A DNA stretch of 64,000 nt, taken from an uncultured Pseudomonadales bacterium. Its GTDB lineage: Bacteria; Patescibacteriota; Microgenomatia; UBA1400; MFAQ01. Made by a program: the position numbers and the translations under genes. Shown in pieces: positions 1-7,673 of this stretch. The first letter of the stretch is position 1; the number at the start of each line of letters is the position of its first letter. The stretch spans positions 154 through 64,153 of the forward strand of contig CAZPFY010000001.1 of the NCBI GenBank assembly GCA_964586045.1, in the 5' to 3' direction. The notes below the pieces were generated by a model. It did not search any database, was not told where the DNA came from, and worked only from the letters and a program-made list of their open reading frames with translations.

Positions 1-106
1 GTGCCTCTTAATACCTGGCGCTGCGGCTAAAGCCTTACGCGTTTCACCCTTGATTGGCTCAATTTGTTTAAGAACTCAAGAACAAAACAGAGAGTGTAGA
101 AAGTGT

Positions 107-150
107 GGCGGAGATTGCTTCGGTTCAGAGTACTGAAACTCGCAATGACG
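107..150. mobile_element. MITE/RPE-like repeat, right-half copy (GGCGGAGATTGCTTCGGTTCAGAGTACTGAAACTCGCAATGACG)
   Basis: Same family as 59500..59604. It is intergenic, upstream of the rho promoter. Confidence 0.6.
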
Positions 151-161
151 TATGTGGATAG

Positions 162-189
162 TTGACATAGTATCTGCGGGATGTAGAAT
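162..189 (+). promoter_or_regulatory. putative sigma70-type promoter upstream of rho (TTGACA, 16 nt spacer, TAGAAT)
   Basis: TTGACA at 162-167 and TAGAAT at 184-189, about 80 nt upstream of the rho ATG. Sequence inspection only. Confidence 0.3.
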
Positions 190-271
190 AACAGTGTTGC
201 TTACTTTTTCCCTTTAATGACTTCATTTTTTCAGTTTTCCAAAATTTAATTAATTATTTTCCAATAAACAT

Positions 272-1918
272 ATGGCACCAAGGCCTAAAAAGATCGTAGA
301 TAGTGGTTTGTCGATTGTAGAAGACTCAAAAAAGAATCCAGAACCTGTTGTAGATACTATAGAGAATACTGTTGTGGCTAAAAAAGCTGTTAATGTCGAA
401 AAAACGGCGAAGATTGCTTCGGTCCAGACACCAGAGGGGGATGGATCCTCCCGTGGAGATACACGGGATAAACTACTCAAGTCCGGGATGACAGATGGAG
501 GAGTAAAAGAACTCAAGGACTCAAAACTTCCGCCAGAGGTGGACAGGCAAGAACTTAAAACAGAACTAGTTAGAGTTGAAGAACAAAAAAAAGAAGAGAT
601 TAAGGCACCGGAGAAGTATGTGATTCCCCCTTCTAACTTACCTAACCAAAATCAAATGAGGCCTGGATTTGCGCCTAGGTATGGAAGTTTTAACAGAAAC
701 CAAAATTTTAATAACAATAATAACAATCAGGGGTTTAACGCTCCGAGGTTTTCGCGCCCAATTATAGCCAGTGAGCCAATAGTAACCGAAGAAATAACGG
801 GAATTTTTGATCAAACAGGAACCGACGGCCGAGGCATTGTGCGAGCTGGATTTCGCCCTGGAGAAACGGACGCGGTAGTTCAGTCGATGCAAGCTAAGCA
901 AGTGCGCCTTCGCCCTGGAGATATGGTAACTGGTCAAGCCAGAAAACCAAAAGAAAATGAACCTTACTGGACAATGATGCAGATTACGAAAGTAAACGGA
1001 GAAGAACCATCAAAAATGTTTGAGAGACCAAGGTTTGAAAAGGGAACGCCAATTTATCCGTTTGAAAAATTTAAATTAGAAACAAGTAAAGAAATTTTGT
1101 CGACCCGTTTGGTAGATTTGGTCGCTCCTATTGGTAGAGGGCAACGTGGGCTGATTGTATCGCCTCCCAAAGCTGGAAAAACCACGGTGATAAAAGAAAT
1201 GGCAAGTGGAATTGCGACCAATTATCCCGATGTTCATATTATGGCAGTGCTGGTAGGTGAGCGACCTGAAGAAGTTACGGACATTAGCCGACATATAATT
1301 GCGATAACCAAAAATAGTGCCATGCCAGGAGAAACAGCGGCGAGTAACTTTGATGAAAAGGCTGAAGACCAGACAAAAGTTTCGGAACTAGCACTGGAAA
1401 GAGCAAAAAGGCTTGTGGAAATGGGGAAGGATGTAGTCATTTTGTTGGACTCAATTACGCGTTTGGCTCGGGCGTATAACTTGGCAATCCCGACGTCCGG
1501 AAGAACCTTGTCGGGTGGATTTGATCCCGCCGCTCTTTATCCACCAAAAAAATTCTTTGGTGCAGCACGAAAAATTGAAGGTGGGGGGAGTTTGACGATT
1601 ATTGGAACAGCTTTGACTGATACTGGTTCGCGCATGGATGACCTGGTTTATGAAGAATTTAAGGGAACGGGTAATATGGAACTGCATTTGGATCGCAGGT
1701 TGGCTGAACGCAGAATTTATCCATCGGTAGATGTAATGCGGTCTAGTACTCGTCGAGATGATCTTCTTTTTGAATCTATGGAATATCAAAGTGTCATCCT
1801 TATGCGTCGTATGCTCGATATGCTTAATGACGGAGAAAGAACTGAAGTTTTAACGGGTAGAATAGCGAGAACCAAGAGCAACAAAGAATTTTTGGCTTCG
1901 TTAAAAGATGGAGGATAA
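272..1918 (+). CDS. rho: transcription termination factor Rho, with an N-terminal Asn/Gln-rich low-complexity insertion
   Basis: 548-aa ORF. VDLVAPIGRGQRGLIVSPPKAGKTT (P-loop) and RFEKGTPIYPF match the Rho ATPase core. There is an N-terminal RNA-binding-region extension containing NNNNNNQGFN. Confidence 0.95.
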   Translation: MAPRPKKIVDSGLSIVEDSKKNPEPVVDTIENTVVAKKAVNVEKTAKIASVQTPEGDGSSRGDTRDKLLKSGMTDGGVKELKDSKLPPEVDRQELKTELVRVEEQKKEEIKAPEKYVIPPSNLPNQNQMRPGFAPRYGSFNRNQNFNNNNNNQGFNAPRFSRPIIASEPIVTEEITGIFDQTGTDGRGIVRAGFRPGETDAVVQSMQAKQVRLRPGDMVTGQARKPKENEPYWTMMQITKVNGEEPSKMFERPRFEKGTPIYPFEKFKLETSKEILSTRLVDLVAPIGRGQRGLIVSPPKAGKTTVIKEMASGIATNYPDVHIMAVLVGERPEEVTDISRHIIAITKNSAMPGETAASNFDEKAEDQTKVSELALERAKRLVEMGKDVVILLDSITRLARAYNLAIPTSGRTLSGGFDPAALYPPKKFFGAARKIEGGGSLTIIGTALTDTGSRMDDLVYEEFKGTGNMELHLDRRLAERRIYPSVDVMRSSTRRDDLLFESMEYQSVILMRRMLDMLNDGERTEVLTGRIARTKSNKEFLASLKDGG

Positions 1919-1963
1919 CACAAAATTCAAAAAATCAAAAAATCTAAAACGAAAAATAATGAA

Positions 1964-1992
1964 AACCCCCGCCATTCGGCGGGGTTTTTGTA
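1964..1992. terminator. bidirectional rho-independent terminator between convergent rho and the 2055..2450 gene
   Basis: Perfect hairpin CCCCGCC-ATTC-GGCGGGG flanked by an A-run on the 5' side and a T-run on the 3' side. Confidence 0.75.
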
Positions 1993-2054
1993 TTTGAAAG
2001 TAATATTACGGGCGAACAACGGGACAAGTGGTACTTGTGCCAGTTCCTGATTGA

Positions 2055-2450
2055 TTAGTAGTTGGGTTGGCAAGTGAAGTCGACGGCCATTGGCTCTTTG
2101 GTTTGGAAAGTCCAAGTAACGACAAAGGACTTTGCTTTTTCCGAATAGCTATCGCTTGGCTTTATGATTGCCGTTGCCACTGAAGGGTTTTGCTTGGGAT
2201 CGAATCGAACATCGGTACTTTTGATTTCATCTTTTAACCAAGGGGCCAGACTATTGCAGGCGTTGGTGATGTATTCAAAAATTTCATCCTTGTTTTCTTC
2301 GAAGTAGGTATTAAAACCATACGGATCTTCGGCGGGGTTAACTTCGGTTGTGGGTTGGGTGTCCAATATTTCGGGTGAATAAAAAGTGCTGGTAACGGTG
2401 GCGGCGATAACGGCTATGAGCAAAATCCAGAGAATTCTTTTGGATGGCAT
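2055..2450 (-). CDS. hypothetical secreted/membrane-anchored protein (N-terminal signal anchor)
   Basis: Start chosen at the internal Met (MPSKRILWILLIAVIAATV), preceded by a GGAGG RBS. The hydrophobic N-terminus is consistent with a signal peptide. Confidence 0.5.
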   Translation of the reverse strand: MPSKRILWILLIAVIAATVTSTFYSPEILDTQPTTEVNPAEDPYGFNTYFEENKDEIFEYITNACNSLAPWLKDEIKSTDVRFDPKQNPSVATAIIKPSDSYSEKAKSFVVTWTFQTKEPMAVDFTCQPNY

Positions 2451-2452
2451 AA

Positions 2453-2764
2453 TTATTCCTCCTTTGGCTTTGTGGTCAGCATTGTGGCTTTCGTAGCCCA
2501 CCGGCTAACAACTTCGATGAGAAGGGCTTGGTCGGGGACGGTGCCGTTGGGCATCAGCTCGACGGCGATCCATTTGCGTTTGGGGCTGGAGGTGATTTCG
2601 GCGATTACATCGGTGTCGCCCAGAAGATCTCTTTTGGGGCCGTGGACAATGAGTTTTGGCCCGGCATTGGAAATGAGCCACTTCTTTTCTTTGAGAATCG
2701 GATCGTTTTTGAATTTGTTAGTTAAAAAATTACATGTTAATATTAAAAAACCATTTTTTGCCAT
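2453..2764 (-). CDS. hypothetical protein
   Basis: Start chosen at MAKNGFLIL, preceded by an AAGGAG RBS. This trims the 133-aa track ORF to 103 aa and removes the overlap with the neighbouring gene. Confidence 0.45.
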   Translation of the reverse strand: MAKNGFLILTCNFLTNKFKNDPILKEKKWLISNAGPKLIVHGPKRDLLGDTDVIAEITSSPKRKWIAVELMPNGTVPDQALLIEVVSRWATKATMLTTKPKEE

Positions 2765-2781
2765 TGGTATCTCCTTTGAAA

Positions 2782-3054
2782 TTAAAAGTCGTTTAACATA
2801 ACCACAAGAAGGTTTTGGAGGTATTCGTATGCTTTGGGAACGGGGACAAAACAAATGACGTAGGCGCCAGAGGAGGTGTTTACCTCGAGAAGCGTGATAA
2901 ACATTTTACTTCCTTCGATTTTGCTGCAAATGACAAGAATGTCTTTTGGGTCAAGTTTTCCACCTTGAGATGATCTCCCATACATTGCGATGTCTTCATT
3001 GTGAGTTATGCGACCAGTGAGATATTGAAATAATAGTTCCACCAATTTAGTCAT
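2782..3054 (-). CDS. hypothetical protein, possibly minimal nucleotidyltransferase-fold
   Basis: 90-aa ORF with an AAGGAG RBS. YGRSSQGGKLDPKDILVI loosely resembles the G[SG]...D.D motif of minimal nucleotidyltransferases. This is a weak call. Confidence 0.35.
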   Translation of the reverse strand: MTKLVELLFQYLTGRITHNEDIAMYGRSSQGGKLDPKDILVICSKIEGSKMFITLLEVNTSSGAYVICFVPVPKAYEYLQNLLVVMLNDF

Positions 3055-3109
3055 GCCTATTTCTCCTTTTGATTTGGTAAAGACCTTAACCTATATATTT
3101 TATCACAAA

Positions 3110-4657
3110 TTATTTGGGTGTTGGGTAGGTGAAGGAGGATTCGAGGCTGGTGGAGAGGGTTTGGCCGAAGAAGTTGAGAGTTTGGGGGGAGCTTGGAAAG
3201 CCATTTTGTTTGAGGAGAGTAAGGGAGTAATCGCAGATAGTGTTGGGGAGGGGATGGATTGCCGCGGCCGACCCAAAGTCGGCCTCGCAATGACGATTTG
3301 GGAGGGAGTAGGAGAGGTTAATTTCACTCGTGTTACCGGCGAGGGTAAGATGCCAAAAATTTACGATCTTAAATTTTTGATTGGAGGTATTGGCATAGGT
3401 TGCCGCACTATCCCCCGGATCCAGGTCCGGGGCTAAAGGCTGGGACGCAATGACTGGTGTTTGGTTGATGAGGACGTCGGGGGAGAAACCGGCGGAGGTG
3501 GTGGCTACTTCGGTATGAGAGATGTTGATGTCGGTGGCGTTTTGGGGCAGATAGAGGCGTAGGAAAGCGATGTAGTGGCCACCGTATTGAAGGGGTGGGT
3601 TGGGGTTGGCCTCGGGGGAGGAGTTTTGGAACTGGATGTTTACTTGGTGCTTAACTTGTATGGATTGCCACGTCGGAGTACCTCCTCGCAATGACGGACT
3701 GGGGTTCTGCTTAGTGGCAAGGCTGTCCGGAATGACAGAAATGATGTGGGTGGTGTGGCGAGTGACGTAGGCGTTGGCCTTGTTAGCGCCAAGATTGACT
3801 TCAACTAAACCAAAATGGTCAAAAGAACTGGGTTGATATTCACCAGCGAATTTTTGAGAGATGAGAAAATTTTGAAAATTGGAATTGGTGCTATTGAGGA
3901 CGATGTTTTGATTTTTTAAATCGGTATAAATTATTTTGGTGATCTGATATTTTTTGGAAAGACTAAGGGATTTTATTTTTTTGAATGTTGCGGTGCCAAC
4001 TGCGTGCAGAGCATCGGCTTTTTGGGTGGAGCCGGGGAAAAAGTTGAGTTCGGCTTTGCCCTGGAGGAATAAATAGAGATTGTCGGGAGTGATAGTAGCG
4101 TTGTATTCGGAAACGGTAACTGTGCCAATGAGATTAAATATTTTTTTAATGGTGGAGAGATTGATTAGGCCAAGAATGTTGGGATTGACCTCCTTACCCT
4201 TTTCTAAAAACCAACGAATGGTGGTAGCGGTGGTGGGAAAGTTGGGGTCCCAGTCGGCATTGGCTAACTCCCAAGTGCCGTGGCCAAAGGCTTGCTGGAT
4301 AGGATCTGGTGGCTTAACGTAGCCGTCTAGTTGGCCATTGGGGACGTAGATGTCGTGAAATGAAATGCTAATATCGTCATTGTGAAGAACAGAGTTCTGA
4401 AGCAATCCCCGACGCGGAGATTGCTTCGTCGTTTCACTCCTCGCAATGACGGCTTTGGCGTAGGAACCGGCAAAGCCACCATTGGCGCGAGCTTCGGTAT
4501 CGTTACCTAGAAGAAAGAGATAGGTGGTGGGGGAATTTTTGCCTAATAAATAATTTATATATGGCAAAAAAGGATTCAAAAACTCAAAAACTCGAAAACT
4601 CAAAATGATGAGAATTGTAATTATTAGAAAAGTGGTGAGGAGAAGTTTTTTCTTCAC
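3110..4657 (-). CDS. DUF4012-like membrane-anchored protein carrying four in-frame repeat-element insertions
   Basis: 515-aa ORF with an N-terminal TM helix. LFLLGNDTEARANGGFAGSYA resembles the DUF4012 signature. It contains four copies of the TCGCAATGACG-type repeat and one AAAACTC tract, all in frame. Confidence 0.55.
   Translation of the reverse strand: MKKKLLLTTFLIITILIILSFRVFEFLNPFLPYINYLLGKNSPTTYLFLLGNDTEARANGGFAGSYAKAVIARSETTKQSPRRGLLQNSVLHNDDISISFHDIYVPNGQLDGYVKPPDPIQQAFGHGTWELANADWDPNFPTTATTIRWFLEKGKEVNPNILGLINLSTIKKIFNLIGTVTVSEYNATITPDNLYLFLQGKAELNFFPGSTQKADALHAVGTATFKKIKSLSLSKKYQITKIIYTDLKNQNIVLNSTNSNFQNFLISQKFAGEYQPSSFDHFGLVEVNLGANKANAYVTRHTTHIISVIPDSLATKQNPSPSLRGGTPTWQSIQVKHQVNIQFQNSSPEANPNPPLQYGGHYIAFLRLYLPQNATDINISHTEVATTSAGFSPDVLINQTPVIASQPLAPDLDPGDSAATYANTSNQKFKIVNFWHLTLAGNTSEINLSYSLPNRHCEADFGSAAAIHPLPNTICDYSLTLLKQNGFPSSPQTLNFFGQTLSTSLESSFTYPTPK
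3250..3295. mobile_element. MITE/RPE-like repeat, partial copy inside the DUF4012-like ORF (in frame)
   Basis: GGGGATGGATTGCCGCGG...CTCGCAATGACG, near-identical to the 7467..7509 copy. Translated as ...SLPNRHCEAD... on the minus strand. Confidence 0.6.
3441..3456. mobile_element. degenerate MITE/RPE-like repeat terminus (GGGACGCAATGACTGG) inside the DUF4012-like ORF
   Basis: Terminal motif only. Weak. Confidence 0.3.
3662..3697. mobile_element. MITE/RPE-like repeat, partial copy inside the DUF4012-like ORF (in frame)
   Basis: GGATTGCCACGTCGGAGTACCTCCTCGCAATGACGG, translated as SLRGGTPTW. Confidence 0.55.
4399..4452. mobile_element. MITE/RPE-like repeat, partial copy inside the DUF4012-like ORF (in frame)
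   Basis: GAAGCAATCCCCGACGCGGAGATTGCTTCGTCGTTTCACTCCTCGCAATGACGG, translated as VIARSETTKQSPRRGLLQ. Confidence 0.6.
4576..4605. repeat. AAAACTC heptamer tandem tract (about 4 units) inside the DUF4012-like ORF
   Basis: CAAAAACTCAAAAACTCGAAAACTCAAAA, translated on the minus strand as FRVFEFLNPF. Confidence 0.7.
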
Positions 4658-4672
4658 TGGTTTATTTTAGAC

Positions 4673-4704
4673 TAAAAAAACCGCTCTCGGAATGAGAGCG
4701 GTGA
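4673..4704 (-). terminator. rho-independent terminator (minus strand) after the 4718..5074 gene
   Basis: On the minus strand: CCGCTCTCATTCCGAGAGCGG hairpin followed by TTTTTTT. Confidence 0.65.
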
Positions 4705-4717
4705 GGTTGAACATGTT

Positions 4718-5074
4718 TTATTTTATATTGGGATTGATGTAAAGGCAGTAGTTGTACCCGTTGGTGTTTACCACTGGTTGGACTTTGAGATTGATTGTCA
4801 TGACGAGTGGATTGAGATGTACGCCGAAGACGGTTACGGCGAATTGAAGATAATCGTTAAGTTCCAGCTCGATGTTTTTGCTGGACAAAACAACTGTGGT
4901 CCTTAGTTCGTTTGACGAAGCCTTTTTGTAAATGATGAGGGGGAAGGCGCCGTTGTTGGTAAGAATTGGGGTTCCGTTACCGTCGACCGTTACGCTGATC
5001 ATAAAACCAGTGGGGTAGAGACCGGGGATCACTGGGGGTTGGTTATTGATTCGATCTGGCCAAGGTGGATGCAA
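4718..5074 (-). CDS. hypothetical protein (start uncertain; possible frameshift with a short upstream ORF)
   Basis: 118-aa ORF. A 42-codon ORF in another frame (MTQKGKGLPKVISFADTSGFGMYNDAICIHLGQIESITNPQ) runs into its 5' end. Confidence 0.35.
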   Translation of the reverse strand: MHPPWPDRINNQPPVIPGLYPTGFMISVTVDGNGTPILTNNGAFPLIIYKKASSNELRTTVVLSSKNIELELNDYLQFAVTVFGVHLNPLVMTINLKVQPVVNTNGYNYCLYINPNIK

Positions 5075-5190
5075 ATAGCATCGTTGTACATACCGAAGCC
5101 GCTGGTATCTGCAAAGCTTATAACTTTTGGTAATCCTTTTCCTTTTTGAGTCATTGTTTTCTTCTGTTTTTTGAATGGATGGTGAAGAAT

Positions 5191-5559
5191 TTAAAAACTT
5201 ACGGCAAAGTGGACCCAGCCTGCAGTTGTAGATAGAATCCTTAGTTTAACAACTACAACTTTGGTTTGGCCTTTGGGGACGGCCATAAAGTAGTAATCAA
5301 CGGCCTCGCTTTGTTCCTGGGTGTATTCTGATTTGGAAGTATCGATTCCCTCCTCATCAAATTGGACCAATGAAGTTTTTCCTAGAGATTTAATTATCAA
5401 GGTGTCTTTGTCAAAGCTGAGCTGGAGGCGCAGATTTGTTGGATTGAGACCTTCGATAACAAAAATTGGGAGGGAAGTTTCTTTGTCTGGTTTGCTTGTC
5501 CTGACAAAAGCAACTCTTGTAATTTGTATTTGGTTGTAGCCAGGGTTTAAATGATTCAC
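5191..5559 (-). CDS. hypothetical protein
   Basis: 122-aa ORF with a GTG start preceded by AAGGAG. It is the last gene of a three-gene minus-strand operon. Confidence 0.5.
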   Translation of the reverse strand: MNHLNPGYNQIQITRVAFVRTSKPDKETSLPIFVIEGLNPTNLRLQLSFDKDTLIIKSLGKTSLVQFDEEGIDTSKSEYTQEQSEAVDYYFMAVPKGQTKVVVVKLRILSTTAGWVHFAVSF

Positions 5560-5568
5560 AGATACTCC

Positions 5569-5787
5569 TTAGATGATTTTTTTGAGGATAAAGTATTCAG
5601 AGACAAGTGCCAAGAGAGCAGAGACGATTATGGAGCTGAGTTCACCGACAAATGGCTTTATTAGTGTGTAGATGCCAACGGCGGCTAGAGCGACTAAAAT
5701 AATGAGCCACCACAGTTGAGACAGTAAGGAGATAAAAAACAAATTTACCAGTTTTTTGTCTGGTTTGTTTGGCTGACTCGTTTTCAT
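5569..5787 (-). CDS. small membrane protein (2 predicted TM helices)
   Basis: 72-aa ORF with hydrophobic segments LWWLIILVALAAVGIY and IIVSALLALVSEYFIL. Confidence 0.45.
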   Translation of the reverse strand: MKTSQPNKPDKKLVNLFFISLLSQLWWLIILVALAAVGIYTLIKPFVGELSSIIVSALLALVSEYFILKKII

Positions 5788-5801
5788 TTTTTCCGCCTAC
5801 T

Positions 5802-6239
5802 TTAAACAATTTTGTATTCGAGGTAGAGGGTTCTGTCGTCGGTAGTGGTATTGATGCCAAGCTTGACGATTTTGAAGCCACTGTGGATGTTGGAGTACGC
5901 TATAAAGGTGAAGTAGCGGTAAGTAAAATCGACATAAGGTTGGAGATCGATACTTCCACCGGGCCGGATTTCGGTTAGAACTGGCTTGGGGATACGCGAG
6001 GTGCGACTGATTTCGACCAGTGTTACCGTGGTCTGGCTCCAGTTCATGATTTTGAGGAGGTTTGGGCCGCTGGCGTTGGTCATAGAGATGTTTAAGCGAA
6101 GTTCGGCAAGTGCGAGAAGGCCGTCCAAGATTATGTCGCCTTCCCTTGGTTCGAAAGTGGTTAGGGTGATGCATTGGCGTGGGGCGCGAGCTAATGTAAC
6201 TTTGTGATCTAGATTGGGACGAAGAAGATAGGGTTCCAT
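5802..6239 (-). CDS. hypothetical protein
   Basis: 145-aa ORF, first gene of the operon, divergent from 6340..6582. Confidence 0.45.
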   Translation of the reverse strand: MEPYLLRPNLDHKVTLARAPRQCITLTTFEPREGDIILDGLLALAELRLNISMTNASGPNLLKIMNWSQTTVTLVEISRTSRIPKPVLTEIRPGGSIDLQPYVDFTYRYFTFIAYSNIHSGFKIVKLGINTTTDDRTLYLEYKIV

Positions 6240-6339
6240 ACAGTACAGGCTCCTTTTTTAAAGTGATGGATATACCTATATTATATCAGTTAGGCTTAGA
6301 ATAGTTGACTGGTTGTATGGATAATGGTAATATTCATAC

Positions 6340-6582
6340 ATGGTTACAACAATAAACATCTCTTTACCCAAGAAACTCAAGGAGGCGGCCGATGCTCTAG
6401 TCGCTGACGGGGAGTACGCATCTTTTAGTGATTTGGCCAGATCAGCGATACGGGAGGCTGTCTTGGATCGTAAATATAAAGCAATTATTGAGGAATCGAA
6501 GAGGGAGGAGGCACTTGGAACAGCAACTGTTTTGAATGGCCCAAAAGATATTGACGAATTTATGAGTAAATTTGGAAAGTGA
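6340..6582 (+). CDS. ribbon-helix-helix (ParD/CopG-like) antitoxin
   Basis: 80 aa. INISLPKKLKEAADALVADGEYASFSDLARSAIREAV has an RHH beta-alpha-alpha pattern. It overlaps the downstream toxin-like gene by 4 nt (ATGA). Confidence 0.55.
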   Translation: MVTTINISLPKKLKEAADALVADGEYASFSDLARSAIREAVLDRKYKAIIEESKREEALGTATVLNGPKDIDEFMSKFGK

Positions 6583-6836
6583 TTATCGTTTCAACAAAAC
6601 CATTTATAAGGCAACTAGCTGATTTGATTCGGAAAAATAATAAATATAAAATTAAGGTGGCAAGGATATTGAAGTTAATGGATTTTGACCTTAGACATCC
6701 TTCTTTAAGAATTCACAAAATAAAAGGAGTAGACTACTATTCTGTGTCTGTAGACATGAAGATTAGAATACTCTATGAAAAAGATAGCAATATGATTCGT
6801 TTAATTGAGATAGGTAATCATGATGAAGTTTATTGA
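6579..6836 (+). CDS. RelE/ParE-family toxin-like protein
   Basis: 85 aa. It is translationally coupled to the upstream RHH gene. The C-terminus KIRILYEKDSNMIRLIEIGNHDEVY resembles RelE/ParE toxins. Confidence 0.5.
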   Translation: MIIVSTKPFIRQLADLIRKNNKYKIKVARILKLMDFDLRHPSLRIHKIKGVDYYSVSVDMKIRILYEKDSNMIRLIEIGNHDEVY

Positions 6837-7596
6837 AGAAATAATTAAGTGGGGGAAGCTGACACCAATATATGATTTGTTGGGGAAGCGGTCGTATGCC
6901 CAGAGCGGGGAGGATGTGGTGGTGGATGCTATTTTGAATCGACAGAAGAGAGGCTTTTATGTAGACGTGGGGGCATATCACCCCAAAGTTTTTTCGAATA
7001 CTTATTTGTTTTATAAACGGGGATGGAAAGGGGTTTGTGTTGAGCCAAACCCGGGGGCAAAAATACTTTTTGAGATTGTGAGACTGAGAGATAGGTTTGT
7101 GGGGTGCGGGGTGGGGGAAAAAACTCAAAAACTCAAAAACTCAAAAACTCAAAATAATGTGATGGAATATTATGTTTTTGGGGAGGGGGCGACAAATACA
7201 TTTTCGAAAAAACAAAGAAATGAAAATATACGATCTTCAAGGAGACTCCTTGAAGTTAAAAAGATTCCGGTGAAAACCTTGAAGGAGATTTTGGATGAGA
7301 ATGTGCCAAAAGGGCAAAAGATTGATTTGATGAGTGTGGATGTGGAAGGGATGGATTTGGAAGTATTGAAAAGTAATGATTGGAAAAAATATCGACCGAA
7401 GGTGGTGATTGCGGAAGATATGACCGGCGTCATCGCGAAGCGTGAAATGCTGTGGCGATCCAGAAAGGGGATGGATTGCCACGGTTCGAGTACGAAACTC
7501 GCAATGACGAATGATAGTGTTGTTGGTTATTTGGTTGGGAAGGGGTATAGATTGGTAGGGATGACGGGGTATTCGATGATTTTTAGAATCGGCTGA
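6820..7596 (+). CDS. FkbM-family methyltransferase carrying an in-frame heptamer tract and a repeat-element insertion
   Basis: GFYVDVGAYHP, VCVEPNP and IDLMSVDVEGMDLEVLKS match the Methyltransf_21/FkbM pattern. The AAAACTC x4 tract at 7128-7155 and the repeat at 7467-7509 are translated in frame. Confidence 0.65.
   Translation: MMKFIEEIIKWGKLTPIYDLLGKRSYAQSGEDVVVDAILNRQKRGFYVDVGAYHPKVFSNTYLFYKRGWKGVCVEPNPGAKILFEIVRLRDRFVGCGVGEKTQKLKNSKTQNNVMEYYVFGEGATNTFSKKQRNENIRSSRRLLEVKKIPVKTLKEILDENVPKGQKIDLMSVDVEGMDLEVLKSNDWKKYRPKVVIAEDMTGVIAKREMLWRSRKGMDCHGSSTKLAMTNDSVVGYLVGKGYRLVGMTGYSMIFRIG
7128..7155. repeat. AAAACTC heptamer tandem tract (4 units) inside the FkbM-like ORF
   Basis: AAAAACTCAAAAACTCAAAAACTCAAAAACTCAAAA, translated as KTQKLKNSKTQN. 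Confidence 0.75.
7467..7509. mobile_element. MITE/RPE-like repeat, partial copy inside the FkbM-like ORF (in frame)
   Basis: GGGGATGGATTGCCACGGTTCGAGTACGAAACTCGCAATGACG, translated as RKGMDCHGSSTKLAMT. Confidence 0.6.
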
Positions 7597-7673
7597 GTCA
7601 GCACGCACTACGCGCTGTCGGCAAGAGTCAGCAGAGTCGGTGTGGAGAGATGATAGAATTGGTGTTGGACTAA

